Below are positions 17,983 to 32,064 of a stretch of DNA of 64,000 nt, in pieces. Every line of letters begins with the position of its first letter. The first letter of the stretch is position 1. This DNA comes from Paraspadella gotoi (lineage: Eukaryota > Animalia > Chaetognatha): the NCBI GenBank assembly GCA_051294375.1, contig CM119269.1, positions 10,770,883-10,834,882 on the forward strand, read 5' to 3'. The position numbers were made by a program, and so were the translations under genes. Under the pieces are notes generated by a model. That model was not told the origin of the DNA and ran no database searches. It saw nothing but the letters and a program-made list of their open reading frames with translations.

Positions 17983-18792
17983 TTATCCGCGATCTGCCCC
18001 GGCCTCGTCGGCAACGTCACCCTCACCGCGCCGGCCCAGTTGAGCCGCCGGGGCGTTCATCGTCCGGCGCGGCCGATAATTGGATCCTCCGGCGGATCGT
18101 CGAAGATGAGCTTAAAAAGCTCTGGCGTCCGCAGAAGTCGATAGCCGCCCCACTGCTGCGGCAGTACGTCCTCGAGAAGAAGTAGATGTGACCGACGGCG
18201 ATGCCCATCAGATCCACTATGACGGAGTTTTCCAGAAGCAAGAGAAGGCCAGGAGCACCCATGCAGGTAAGGCGCTTGGAAGGTGAGCAGTACCGAAAAA
18301 GTTCATACGAATGAGCGGGTTACGCCGGGACCAGACATTACCAACATGATGGTGAAGGCTTGACCTAGAAAAACCTGAAATGGTGGGTGGGAAGTGGAAA
18401 TTTAGATTTCGATGATAACAGAAGCAGTCAAGAATCCTAATTGACCTGATTGGTGAAGACAGCGACGACGGTCATCAACGCTCCGCCGAAGAGGAACATG
18501 AAGAAAAAGTCGGACGTCTTCCCGCGGAAGGAATTTTCTCCAGGCATCCCGACAGTAGCGGTAAGTTGAAAATCATGTTGTAATAGGAAGTTGAAGCCGA
18601 CCGTGCGAGAAGAGGAAGTGGTGACCAGTCGCCACAGCTGCAGATGCTGAAGACCAGCGTCGGATTGAAGTAAGGCGAAACGGGGTGATGAGGTCAATGC
18701 TGAACGGCCACGTGTGACGACACAGCCGTGGCGTAGGCGCGCGTGATCGGTGGAATCTGCATGTACACTTGCTGGAAGTTTGGTTACGCCAT
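17983..18792 (-). CDS. DERL2: Derlin-2 (ERAD rhomboid-like membrane protein), 2 exons (18446-18792, 17983-18374), with indel errors
   Basis: Frame-corrected translation: MAYQ..[72 protein letters not shown] | [65 protein letters not shown]. GT-AG intron at 18375-18445. Stop position inferred. Confidence 0.93.
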
Positions 18793-19311
18793 GCTGAGGA
18801 GCAACGGATAGTCCTGGGGCGACTAGGGAATGGAATGGTCGTTTTTCGTTGAGGCCGATTGAATTTCACTATCGTTGCGTTCGTATTCCTTGGTTACGGT
18901 AAAATGGTTGACAAGCGACGTTAATTATCACGAGGGTTNNNNNNNNNNNNNNNNNNNNNNNNNGAGAGATGAGAAAGAGGAGAAAGGAGAGAGAGAAAAA
19001 AAAAGTAGAGATAAAGAGAGAGAGAGAAAGAGAGTAAACAGATAGGGAGAGATTACTATCTATACTAGACAAAAAAAAAAAAAAAAAGGGAGAGATGGAA
19101 ACGAGTAGGAGAAGAGAGAAACGGTGAACTTGAATCTCGTGAAACGCGGCCCCGAATCCCTGGAGAGGATGATAGAGGAGGTGAATTGATGAAGGAGGGG
19201 TAATAGACCCGCGTCTGTCTATCACCTTATATACTGATTTCTCGGATACAATAAACATGAGTCAGAAAGTATATTTTTTCTCATTCTAAAACTTTGCTCC
19301 TCTCCTAACTT

Positions 19312-19568
19312 CGCCCCCTGGGGGAGCAGTTTTTTTTTGCTCCCCATAGGGGTTACCCCCAGGGGGCAGACTTTTTTTGCCCCAGGGGGCTTAAGCATTA
19401 GGGGCGCCCCTAATAGACCCAAAATGTTGGCCCCAGGGGGAACCCCTGGGGCGCCCCTGAGGCAATCCAGAGGGGGCGCCCCCTTCAATGACCATTTTTT
19501 ATTTGCTCCCCCTGGAATAGTCTGCCCCCGGGGGGGCCGCCCCTAGAGCCCACCCCCGGCGGGCGGAG
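19312..19568. mobile_element. GC-rich palindrome-dense element, probable non-autonomous DNA transposon (identical copy 30856-31112)
   Basis: Sharp GC island with repeated self-complementary CCCCAGGGGG / GGGGCGCCCC / CCCCCGGGGG motifs and hairpin GGGGAGCA..TGCTCCCC. No TSD established. Confidence 0.45.
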
Positions 19569-20539
19569 GATTTGGGAGATGACATATCTCCTTTTCTTTT
19601 CATTTATTTTTTAATAACTCTAGCCAGACAACCGTTATATGCAAATGAAAAATCAATCAATTAGTAATTCCATCCAAGTTTCTTTCCAGACACGACTTCT
19701 CTCTTTAAAATCACTTTTCCTCCGAATCATCCGGAATCCCTTTTTTCCATTTGGCTTTTCATTTTCCCATTTTTTCTTTCATTTTTCTCATTCCATTGTT
19801 CTCCATTTTCCTCCCTTTTTCTAATTCCCATTTTCACTATTCATTATTTTTTTCTCTTCATTTTCCATTTTCCTTTCCCTCTTTTTCTCATGTCCATTTT
19901 TCCATTTCCTTTTCTTTTTCCATTCTTTTCCTATTTTCCATTTCCCTTCCCTTTTTTCTCATTTCCATTTTTCCATTTTCCTTCCCTTTTTTCTCATTCC
20001 ATTTCCTTCTCCCCATCCATAAACTTCTCTCTCGGCTCTCTCCGCTTCTCCCTCCCGCGATCTTGTACACGGGACGATTTTTCCGTTTTTCTCGCTGTCA
20101 AAGACGGCAGTCTTCGTATAATAACCTCACTTTCGCGGAAGCGACTTACCAATTGCGTGAGGACCGAAATTGCAACACCCTCGCAATCCTTCGAAATGAG
20201 AGCGGACCCCCGCTCGCCCCTCCTTTCTTTTTTCGCCGAGTCGACTCGCTGATTTTCATGCCCACTCCTCTCTTTTCACCATCATCCCTACGGCCCGTGG
20301 CTGCATGACTATGCAGCAGCATCTTCAAGTAGTTATCGGAAATCGGGTTCTCCAGACGGTAGGAGGCGCCGAGTAGAATCAGAGGAGGCGGCCGCCGATT
20401 GAAAAGACACATCACAAATCTATGGTCGCAGGAATTGAGAAGACGAGAAAAAAAAAAGTAAGGCAATGCAGGGAGTAAGGCTGAAAGGAGAAGATGACGG
20501 AATTGCCTGAATACATGAAAAGAAGGCTATATTCGAGGA

Positions 20540-21397
20540 AAATTTAGGGAAGTCAGGGCCGAAGACAAGGGAGATGCGAAGCAGTTTAGGGAAGGATCAG
20601 GGCGAAGACAAGGGAGATGTGAGCAGATTTAGGGAGGATCAGGGCAAAGGGACAAGGGAGATTGCGGCAGTTTGGAAATCAGGCCAAGACGGAGATTGCG
20701 AAGGCTTGGAAGGATCAGGGGCAAAGACAAGGAGATTGCGAGGCATATTTAGGGAAAGAATCAGCGGCAAAGACAAGGAGATTGCGAGCAGATTTAGGGA
20801 AGGATCAGCGGCAAAGACAAGGTGAGATTGCATAGATACGAGCAGATTTGGGATAGAATCAGGGCAATAAGACAAGGGAGATTGCGAGCAGATTTTAGGG
20901 GAAGGATTCAGGGCAAAGACAAAGGAGGGATTGCCGAAGCAGATTTGGGGAAGAATCATGAGGCAAAGACAAGGGAGATTGAGAGCAGATTTAGGGAAGG
21001 ATCAGGGGCAAGACAAGGAGATTGCGAGCAGATTTGGGGAAGAAATCAGAGGCTAAAGACAAGGGAGATTGCGAGCAGATTTAGGGACGGGATCAGTCGG
21101 CAAGACAAGGGGAGATTCGCGAGGCAGATTTTAGGAAAGGATCAGGGCAAAAGACAAGGAGATTTGCGAGCAGATTTAGGAAAGGATTCAGGGCAAAGAC
21201 AAGGGAGATTGCGAGCAGATTTAGGGGAAGGATCAGGGCAAAGACAAGGGAGATTGCGAGCAAGATTTAGGAAGGATCAGGGCAAGACAAGGAGATTGCG
21301 AGCAGATTTGGGGAAGAATCAGGGCAAACAAGGGAGATGCGAAGCAGATTTAGGGAAGAGATCAGGGCAAAGACAAGGGAGGATTGCGAGGCAGATT
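20540..21397 (+). repeat. 44-bp minisatellite GATTGCGAGCAGATTTAGGGAAGGATCAGGGCAAAGACAAGGGA, ~19-20 copies
   Basis: Read directly as tandem units. The same array occurs at 32065-32940 (~20 copies), 10960-11280 (~7) and inverted at 590-945 (~8). Confidence 0.92.
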
Positions 21398-21560
21398 ACT
21401 AGCAGCAAGGATGAGAGCCAAATTTACTAGAAACCAGCGGCGAAGCGAAGTGCGAAGGAGTTTGAATAATGGACGGAACTCGATGTGAGAGCGAGACTGA
21501 CGACTTGGCGACGAGAGAGAGAAAACAAAGAGAACTTTATGAAATAGCTTAATCGTCTCA

Positions 21561-21630
<70 letters not shown>

Positions 21631-21701
21631 CTGACTCGGTCGCCTCGTTCGAGTTTTAAACGGCGCCGAGAAAATGGCAACGATAGGTTGAGTTGAGTTG
21701 A

Positions 21702-21755
<54 letters not shown>

Positions 21756-23982
21756 AGAGAAAGAGAACGATTGCGTAAAAGAAGCGGAACAGTGTAGAAA
21801 ATGAGAGATAAGGTAATGATAATAGGGAAATAGAGCTGGAAGGGTAAAGGATAGAAAAAGAGGGGCGAGAGAAAGGGAGGAAATGAGAAAGAGAAGGAAC
21901 AATATCGGGAATGGGAGGGGTCGGACCAGTTAGCTCTGAACAGGAGCGAGACTATTTAGGAAAATTAAGGCCATTCCATAAATCCCTTTCCCTGCCGATT
22001 GATAAATTTCTCCTCTGGTTGACAGGAGCCAAAGCGTGATTGCCGTTAGCCTCACGCCCCCCCCCNNNNNNNNNNNNNNNNNNNNNNNNNTCTCTCTCTC
22101 TCTCTCTCTCTCTTCTCTCTTCTCTCTCTCTCTCTTCTCTCTCTCTCCTCTCTCTCTTCTCTCTCTCTCTCTACTCGTCTCTCTCTCAACTTTCAAGAAA
22201 GATTGAGGCTTCCATAATGTCCAGTCGCGGTGCTGAGCCTCCTATCAAGTTCAGAACCTCGTTGACAAAGGCATTAATATTTATATTTTTTTAGGGAAAA
22301 AATATTCTGATCGGATGAGGAGATTTTTATGAAGGGCCCTTTTGACCAGGGTCTTGTAGCGCGGAAAGAAAAGGAGATAGAACGGATAGATGGATTAGAT
22401 TCGATGGAAAGCCGGACTACGTGGAGCACGTAAAACGTAAACGTAAAGACCCTAATTAATGTATGATTTATTAATTGTTTTGGAATTATGGATGACATAA
22501 TTATATAGCCATAAAATTACAACAATTTGATCGATCAGTGGAGATCCCAGAGTATTTTTATCCCGGCTACCTTCAATGATCAACCGACCGTTCTTTACAT
22601 CTTTTTTGCAGTTCCCCGTCCCAGCAGATGGGCGAACCATTGCCCAACGCCCTCTGAGCATTGACCAATCGTCGGCGTTGGGGTGTGGCGGCGGGGACCT
22701 ACGATGAAACGGCATCTTGCGGACGAAAAAAAAAACAACAAAAAAACAAAAAACAAAACCAAAACAAAAACAATTAAAAAACAAAAAAAGTAACGACTCT
22801 AATAAAAGGAAAACAGAAAAAAAAAAATTAGGAAAAACCCAACAAAAAAAAAATCCAAAAGCGGAAGAGACGATAAAAAGCAATCTACGACTACGACGAA
22901 AGGAAAAAGTGGAGATTTTAATTAAGAGTTTATCTCATCGCTCAGTTTTACCCGTTTATCCATTTATCGTTTATGAATGCGCGCGTTGAGGCATACGAAC
23001 TCCCAGGTGGTTTGAGTAAGAAAAAAGGTTGTCGCGGTACCAGTTGCGACGTAATTTATTGAGTTGCATGATTAAAAATAATTGATTAAAAGTTGAAAAA
23101 AAAAAATCATTTCTCATTTTCTGTTAAACGTACACTTAAGATGGTCACGTTGCGTCGTATTTTCCATCGAATTGATTACTTTATTTTCGGCTTCAAAAAA
23201 CCTTTCAATTAAAAAAAAAAAAACATTTTTATGTATTTCCGGGTTTATAACGAGATTTCCTTTGCACATGCTACAGTACAAAAAGATTAGGCACAAATAG
23301 CATCTTTATTACGATAATTAAATAGTGAATATTTTTTTTAACTCCTCTAAAAATCAGAAAAAATTTTGAATCGTAACTTCTTGAAAAAAAATTTGAATGA
23401 AAATTAAACTTACAGTAAATTCACATACACGTTGATTTAATTTTATTTCCAAAAAGCGATTTGGGAAGAAATAGTTCTGGAGAGGTTAATGTGTTCGACG
23501 ATTTTGTTTTTGAAAATCGGAGAAGTGGAGAGTGGAACAGCTGCATAGGCGATCACTAGCAGTAGTAGGGGTGATTAAGTCGTGATTGGATGGAAAATAA
23601 AAATGGCGGGAAATTGGACGGGATGAGAACTATTCGATTGACATAGATTATAGAGATGGTATGATATGAACTAGTTGAACACTGAAGACTGAAGTGAGTT
23701 TGGAGAGATATTATTGCGCTCGGGAAGGAGGAAAGGAGAAAAGATTGAGGCTCAAGAAGGAGGAAGGAGGAAGGAGAAAAGGAGAAAGATTGAGGCTCAG
23801 AAGGAGGAATGAGGAAAGGAGGAAGGATTGAGGCTCAAGAAGGAGGAAGGAGCGAAAGGAGAAAAGATGAGCTCAAGAGGAGGAAGGAGAAAGTGAGAAA
23901 AAAGAATGAGGCCTCAAGAGGCCCGACGAGGACGAAGGACGATGACAAGAGGTGAGAGGACAACCAAAGATATATCAAAAGG

Positions 23983-24038
<56 letters not shown>

Positions 24039-24267
24039 AGAGAGGGAGATGGTGAGAAGGGTTCGCGGCCAGGTCAAGCGAGAGCGGTCAAGTAAAACGA
24101 TAGGAATCAGGTCAGTTCAAAAGGTCAAAGGTCATTTGATCAGCAGGTAACGCAAGGACCCTAAACGGTAACGGAAAAATCGGGGTAACACGGTAAAGCG
24201 AGAACATGACGCAAAAGCGATTCCTCTCTCTTCTTTCTCTCTCTCTCTCTCCTCTCTTCTTCTCTCT

Positions 24268-24301
<34 letters not shown>

Positions 24302-24369
24302 TCATCTCTCTCTCTCTCTCTCTCTCGTCCACCTTTCGATTTTCTACTTACTATAAAATTTTTCGCCGA

Positions 24370-24540
24370 TATTTATTCGGTCGGTCTGAATTTGCGCTAC
24401 GAGCGATCACGTCGACCCAAGACGACGAGTCGGAAGCTGAATTTCGTCTACACGAGCGATTCACGTCGACAGACGCGAGTCGGAAGCTGAATTTCGGCTA
24501 CCGAGCGATTCACGTCGACCAGACGCGAATTCGGAGCTAG
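24370..24540 (+). repeat. ~50-bp tandem repeat (3-4 copies) CGGAAGCTGAATTTCG..CGAGCGATTCACGTCGAC..AGACG; shorter version at 35940-36060
   Basis: Read directly. Confidence 0.8.
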
Positions 24541-27180
24541 AAATGACATCATTAGATAGTAATAATACTAACATATACGCTTACAATGCACAAAAATATG
24601 ATAAGAAGAGTCTTCATTCTTTATCAATATCTTATCAATTTTCTTTTTCGAATTCAAACACGTCTAGATTTGATAAATTGCAATTGAGGAAATTACGTTC
24701 AATACTGCATAAGTGCCATAATATATGGGACTAAGTGAAATATCTATTTTGTATGCAGTGAAACATGCAAGTTTGAAAACGTTCTATGCCCGAATAACCA
24801 ACCTCTTTGCTCACTTGCTACTGGGACTAAAGAAAGTGAAAAGGGAGCATCGAGCTAAGGGAAAGAAAAAATTAAATGAATGTCTTTTGTTACGAAAAGA
24901 AATTTGTGGTTGTTATGATAATGAGATGGGCGGTGCGGGAAATAAGATTGAAATGAGAAAACTCTCTTGAAATTGAAAAGAAGAAAATGAAGAAAGAAAG
25001 AAAAGATTAGAAAGAAGAAAAAGAAAGAAAGATATAAGAAAGAAAAGAACGCAGATTAGAAAAGCGAAAGATAGATGGTAAGTCGGAGGAACTAAAAATC
25101 TCAATAAAGTAGGAGAATAATGTTGGCGGAAAATAGAAAAGGAAATGAAAGGAAGCGCCTGGTGATGAAGCTCTGAAAGAAAAGTGAGCGGAGAGAGGCG
25201 GACAAGAAAACCAGTTTTGCATGACTGCGTAGTTTAAAATCATTGTAATAATGTAATACCTAAAAATTAATGTTAACCTAATTAGCCGAAAAAAATATTT
25301 TTCATAATTTTAAAATATGATGTATTGAAAATTTCAGTTGAACTTTCGTTTGTTGCCTTTATAGAAAAAAAAAATTGTTGTTAACAAAACCAACGATTTT
25401 TGTTTGTTGTTTGTTTGTTTGTTAACTAGCAATACTTTGTTTTTCTCATCTAAATATATTCTTTAGAAATGATTTTAATTTAGGCTGAACGAATAATTAG
25501 ACATTAAATCATTACATTAATCAATATATATTGTGGAAAGACAAAGATTAAAAATAATTATAGTATACAAAGTTGATTCTTGGTATTTCTAGGAATTATT
25601 GCCGTTCAAGGTCCACCGTTATCGCTACACGCTGAAAGAGAGAGGGATAAAAAAAATAAAACGAAAAAATTAAAAAAGAAATAAAAAAATAGGAAAAGAG
25701 AAATTACATTAGTCGCAGAAATGATTCACTGGCGTTTCATTAAAAGAGAAGAATTTTCGCTCTTTTCATTTTGTGTTACCGACATCGAAAAAAATGGGAG
25801 GGAATTCATTCTGAAAACTACGTATTCCAATATTTATTTTAATAAACGGGATGACGGTTTTTCGCCCAGGGAAATGTAGGTCTGACAGCCAATAGAAGAC
25901 CGCGTGAATTAACATTTGAAACTGGATGCAAGACAAACATTCCGATTGAGGGTCCAGAGGGCACAAATTGGATTGGTTGCGGGATAATTCTGAACATTTT
26001 TGTAATTGTGTGCAATTCCGTTTTTGTTTTTATTTATACAAAAGTGAAATCAACGTAAAATAATTTCTGGTCTCAGCGTTAGTACAACACTATAAATAAC
26101 GAAATTTCCGTCTTTTATACAATTTCATGGAAAGGATCAAAACCACTCAAAAACCACCTAAATCTCTTCCAAATATCTACTCCTCTCCCCAACGGTCATT
26201 TCCTTCCCCTCGCGCGCGGGGCTATTTAAGGAGGCCATTAACGCTTATTTTCATACATTTTTGCTCCCCTGCCGCCGCCGCTACCACCGCCGCGTCGCCG
26301 CGCCACCCGCCCTCCTCCTCATGAAAACCCCTGGGTTCTGGCGGGTCAAGGTCCCTCCGGATTCCGCGAGGGGCAAAGCGAATTCCAAAATCGGGGATCG
26401 CATAAATTTTCTTTCCGCGTAAATATTTTTCGGGAAAATCCTTGACGGTTCGAAACCGAACGACTCGAATCATCAAAGAACATTTTTTACGAATATTAAT
26501 TTTTTTTCTTTTCGTATTCCAGGTCTGATATATTATAAACTGTAGTTGTAAAATGCTTCCGCTCGATTTGTGATCGCGTCTCGACATAGAAGATTAAAAA
26601 TAAATCGTTTAGGTCTTATTTAAACGTTTAATGAATTTGGGTTTTCAGGACAATTGAAACGGGAACCTTTCCAAGAGTTCATTAGGAGCTTGTGTGTTCG
26701 TGTTCAGTTATAGCTTCAATCAACATTATGATAACCGTATTAATGATGTTTGTCCAGATAACCATTACTAAATGATACCGGCACCAATAGACATCACCTA
26801 AAAAAGGGGGTGCCAGCGATGCCATGGATATGCCGAAGATGCCGCAGATGCCACCGTTCCGTCATCTGTTTGAAGAAATTGGCGACTGACTTCAATTCTT
26901 CCAAAACAATGTCTCGACTACAGACGTGGAAAGACCGCGTGCCAACTGCTAATGGATCCGAGTTCGGGCGAAAAACAAGGGTCTCCTTCTTCCCTTTCTC
27001 TTTCTCCTCTCGCTCTCTCTCTTTCTCTCTCTTCTCGCTCTCTATTCCTCCCGTCCTTTATCCATTAAACTTAATGATTTCTCCGACAACACAGTTTCAG
27101 AAGAGAAAAAGCGTCAAAGAAAAGCACGGCAACCGTTGGGTAGCCATAACTTTTTTGAAAAGCCAATTAAAACTGCCTCT

Positions 27181-27234
<54 letters not shown>

Positions 27235-27255
27235 CTCTCTCCTCTCTCTCTCTCC

Positions 27256-27324
<69 letters not shown>

Positions 27325-28584
27325 TGTGCCAATACATTTAAATCCCGTCGCCCCGTCTTCCTCCTTCTCCTTTTTTTTGCTTCTCTCTTTTCTTGTCTTT
27401 CCTTACGGAAGTCAACTATGAATAGAAAAAAAGGGAGGAAAGAAAAGAAAATCGTTAAAATCAATGAGACTGATTAGCATCGCCATCTTTACGCCACCTC
27501 CGGACCGGATGGCAGGACGAGAGAGGACGATGAGGACGGAATAGAGAGGCGAGAATTCCGATGAGAGGAAGGTGGAGGTACTGCGATGGGAGAGAAGGGA
27601 AGGTTTTTTTTTAGTATTTTGCTTTTTAGGCCTCTGCGTTTTTTTTTTATTCGATTCGTGGAATTTCTCGCAGTTTAAAATGTTAAAAAATTAATGTCTT
27701 GATATCGATTTCGATATAAACGTACAAAAAGGTTTAAAAATATTTCGAATGAGAGAGAGACGAGAGAAAAAAAAAGAACGTCCATTTTCTGTCTCCTCGT
27801 ACGAATTTAAAAAAAAAAAGACTAGAATATTTTGACATAAATTTTCCTCTCGATCTTTTTTCCCATCCTGTCGAATGAACAATCAAATGCCCATTGGCTG
27901 CTGAGGACCGCCATCTGGCTCGAATCGATGTCCGGGGAAATAGGCGGAGGGGACAGACCGGCGGTGAGGACCGGTTGAGGACAGGCCAGGGAAAGATGAG
28001 TTTCACAGGAAAACGAGGATCCGGTTTTAGTTGAGCAGAACAGTCACAATCTGGCAAGTATTACGCCGTCCAAAAGGCGCAGTTTGAACTGGCTATAAGG
28101 CGGACAGTTTCAACTGCGCCCTCTTTCTGTTCACGAAAACTGTCTTCTTTTCCCCTGTTTTAGGGAATCCCCACCACTATTTTTTTATGGGGATTAACAT
28201 TGAAGCCCTCAGCATTTTATCCACAGCGGGGAATCCCGCCACTTATTTTTGATGTGGATTGACATTTTGAAGCCCTATCCCCGGCCTCGAATCACAAATC
28301 TGTTCATATTAGGCAGTCTTGTTATAAATATATTTTAACTAAAACATAAAAAAAAATATTTAATGATCCTAATTTAATATAATTAATATATTTTGCTTGC
28401 ATGGATGAGGAATAGATTCGATCTTTGCATTACCAAAAAAAAATTGAATGTTTAGTAGAAATTAATAATTTATTTCATAATATTAGCAAACAGTTACTTC
28501 GAAGGCTTTCTGTTTTTCTTCTAGTACAAACATAAATGAAAAAAATTTGTATCTATTAGGTTCACATAAAACTTGCTTCACATC

Positions 28585-28592
28585 TCTCTCTT

Positions 28593-28633
<41 letters not shown>

Positions 28634-30045
28634 TTTCAAGAAGATTGAGCTCCATAAGTCAGTCGCGGTGCTGAGCCTCCTATCAAGTTCAGAACCTCCG
28701 TTGACAAAGGATTAATATTATATTTTTTTAGGGAAAAAAATATTCTGATCGGAGAGGGAAGATTTTATGAAGGCCTTTGACCAGGGTGTAGCGGGAAAGA
28801 AAAGGAGATAGAACGGATAGATGGATAGATCGATGGAAAGCCGGACGTACGTGGAAGCACGTAAACGTAAACGTAAGACCCAATAATGTATATTATAATT
28901 GTTTGAATAGGATGACATAATTATATAGCATAAAAAGTACAACAATTTGATCGATCAGTGGAGATCCAGAGTATTTTTATCCCGGCTACCTTCAATGATC
29001 CAACCCGACCGTTCTTACATCTTTTTTGCAGTTCCCCGTCCCCAGCAGATGGCGAACCATTGCCAACGCCCTCTGAGCATTGACAATCGTCGGCGTTGGG
29101 GCGTCGTGCGGCGGGGGACCTACGATGAACGGCATCTTGCGGACGAAAAAAAAACAACAAAAAACAAAAAACAAAACCAAAACAAAACAATTTAAAAAAC
29201 AAAAAAAGTAACGACTCTAATAAAGAAACAGAAAAAAAAAATTAGAAAAGACCCAAAAAAAAAAAAATATCCAAAAAGCGGAAGAGACGATAAAAAGCAA
29301 AGCTACGACGACGACGAAAGAAAAGCGGAGATTTTAAATAAGAGTCTATCTCTCGCTCAGTTTTACCGTTTATCATTTATCGTTTATGAATGGCGCGTTG
29401 AGGCAACGAACTCAGGTGGTTTGAGTAAGAAAAAAAGGTTGTCGCGGTACCAGTTGCGACGTAATTTATTGAATCATTCTCATTTCGTTTAAACGTACAC
29501 TTAAGAGGTCACGTTGCGTCGTATTTTCCATCGAATTGATACTTTATTTTCGGCTTCAAACCTTTCAATTAAAAAAAAAAAAAACATTTTTATGTATTTC
29601 CGGTTAATAACGAGATTTCCTTTGCACATGTACAGTACAAAAGATAGGCACAAATAGCATCTTTATTACGTTAATTAAATTAGTGAATATTTTTTACTCC
29701 CTCTAAAAATGCAGAAAAATTTTGAATCGTTAACTCTGAAATAAAAATGTGAAATGAAAATTAAACTTACAGTAATTCACATACACGTGATTTAATTTTA
29801 TTTCCAAAAGCGGTTTGGGAATAAATAAGTGCTGGAGAGGTTAATGTGTTCGACGGAGTTTGAAAATCGGAGAAGTGGAGTGTGGAACAGCTGCATAGGC
29901 GATCACTAGCAGTAGTAGGGGTGATAAGTCGTGATAGGATGGAAAATAAAAATGGCGGGAAATGGAGGGATGAGAAACTATTCGATTGACAAAAATTATA
30001 TAGATTAAAGAGATTGGATGATGAACAGTTGAACACTGAAGACTA
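28585..30045 (+). repeat. Third partial copy of the duplicated unit (matches ~22091-23690)
   Basis: Starts at (TC)n-AACTTTCAAG..GTCGCGGTGCTGAGCCTCCTATCAAG and ends at GTTGAACACTGAAGACT, as in the other two copies. Confidence 0.88.
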
Positions 30046-32064
30046 TCTCTCTTCCTNNNNNNNNNNNNNNNNNNNNNNNNNNNNNNNNNNNNNNNNNNNN
30101 NNNNNNNNNNNNNNNNNNNNNNNNNNNNNNNNNNNNNNNNNNNNNNNNNNNNNNNNNNNNNNNNNNNNNNNNNNNNNNNNNNNNNNNNNNNNNNNNNNNN
30201 NNNNNNNNNNNNNNNNNNNNNNNNNNNNNNNNNNNNNNNNNNNNNNNNNNNNNNNNNNNNNNNNNNNNNNNNNNNNNNNNNNNNNNNNNNNNNNNNNNNN
30301 NNNNNNNNNNNNNNNNNNNNNNNNNNNNNNNNNNNNNNNNNNNNNNNNNNNNNNNNNNNNNNNNNNNNNNNNNNNNNNNNNNNNNNNNNNNNNNNNNNNN
30401 NNNNNNNNNNNNNNNNNNNNNNNNNNNNNNNNNNNNNNNNNNNNNNNNNNNNNNNNNNNNNNNNNNNNNNNNNNNNNNNNNNNNNNNNNNNNNNNNNNNN
30501 NNNNNNNGAGAGATGAGAAAGAGGAGAAAGGAGAGAGAGAAAAAAAAAGTAGAGATAAAGAGAGAGAGAGAAAGAGAGTAAACAGATAGGGAGAGATTAC
30601 TATCTATACTAGACAAAAAAAAAAAAAAAAAGGGAGAGATGGAAACGAGTAGGAGAAGAGAGAAACGGTGAACTTGAATCTCGTGAAACGCGGCCCCGAA
30701 TCCCTGGAGAGGATGATAGAGGAGGTGAATTGATGAAGGAGGGGTAATAGACCCGCGTCTGTCTATCACCTTATATACTGATTTCTCGGATACAATAAAC
30801 ATGAGTCAGAAAGTATATTTTTTCTCATTCTAAAACTTTGCTCCTCTCCTAACTTCGCCCCCTGGGGGAGCAGTTTTTTTTTGCTCCCCATAGGGGTTAC
30901 CCCCAGGGGGCAGACTTTTTTTGCCCCAGGGGGCTTAAGCATTAGGGGCGCCCCTAATAGACCCAAAATGTTGGCCCCAGGGGGAACCCCTGGGGCGCCC
31001 CTGAGGCAATCCAGAGGGGGCGCCCCCTTCAATGACCATTTTTTATTTGCTCCCCCTGGAATAGTCTGCCCCCGGGGGGGCCGCCCCTAGAGCCCACCCC
31101 CGGCGGGCGGAGGATTTGGGAGATGACATATCTCCTTTTCTTTTCATTTATTTTTTAATAACTCTAGCCAGACAACCGTTATATGCAAATGAAAAATCAA
31201 TCAATAGTAATTCCATCCAAGTGTTCTTTCCAGACACGACTTCTTCTCTTTTAAAATCACTTTTTCCTCCCGAATTCATCGAATCCCTTTTTTCCATTTG
31301 GCTTTTCCATTTTTCCCATTTTTTCTCATTTTCCATTCCATTTCCATTTTCCTTCCCTTTTTTCTTAGATTCCATTTTCTATATCATTATTTTCTCTCAT
31401 TCCATTTTCCTTTCCCTTTTTTCTCATGTCCATTTTTCCATTTTCCTTTTCTTTTCTCATTCCATTTTCCTTTTTTCCATTTCCCTTCCCTTTTTTCTCA
31501 TTTCCAATTTTTTCCATTTTCCTTCCCTTTTTTCTCATTCCATTTCCTTCTCCCCATCCATAAACTCTCTCTCTCGGCTCTCTCGCTCTCCCTCCCGCGA
31601 TGTAACGGGATTTTTCGTTTTTCTCGCCTTCAAAGACGGGCAGTCTTCGTAAAAACCTCACTTTTCGCGGAAGCGACCTTACAATGCGTGGAGGACCGAA
31701 ATTGGCAACACCCTCGCAATCCTCGAAAATGAGAGCGGACCCCCGACTCGCCCCTCTTTTATTTTTCGCCGAGTCGCTCGCTGATTTTATGCCCACTCCC
31801 TCTCTTTTCACCATCATCCCTACGGCCCGTGGCTGCATTGACTATGAGCAGCATCTCAAGTAGTATCGGAATCGGTCTCCAGACGTAGGGAGGCGCCGAG
31901 TAGAATAGAGGAGGCGGCCGCCGATTTGAAAAACACATCAAAAATCTATGGTCGCAGGAGATTGAGAAAGACGAGAAAAAAAAAGTAAGGCAATGCAGGA
32001 GAGTAAGGCTAAGGAGAAGGATGACCGATTGCCCTGAATACATGAAAAGAAGGCTTATTTGAGA

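Larger units (their letters stand above)
18964..28054 (+). repeat. ~9 kb direct duplication, copy 1 (copy 2 at 30508-39398); 19585-21976 is also present inverted at 1-1885
   Basis: Colinear similarity with an offset of ~11.5 kb. Several ORF-track translations are identical (19222/30766, 22274/33854, 22452/34032, 22717/34297). Both copies end at ..GTCACAATCTGG. Confidence 0.92.

Noticed and set aside
20540-21397. CRISPR-like array
   Set aside because: Units are directly tandem with no unique spacers, the context is eukaryotic, and there are no cas genes.
20822-21430. 202-aa and 182-aa (32425-32973) repetitive ORFs
   Set aside because: They are translations of the 44-bp minisatellite; the unit is not a multiple of 3 and frames depend on indel noise.
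30005-30802. Long ORFs spanning N runs (also 41754-42345 and 43532-44098)
   Set aside because: They are open only because of assembly gaps.
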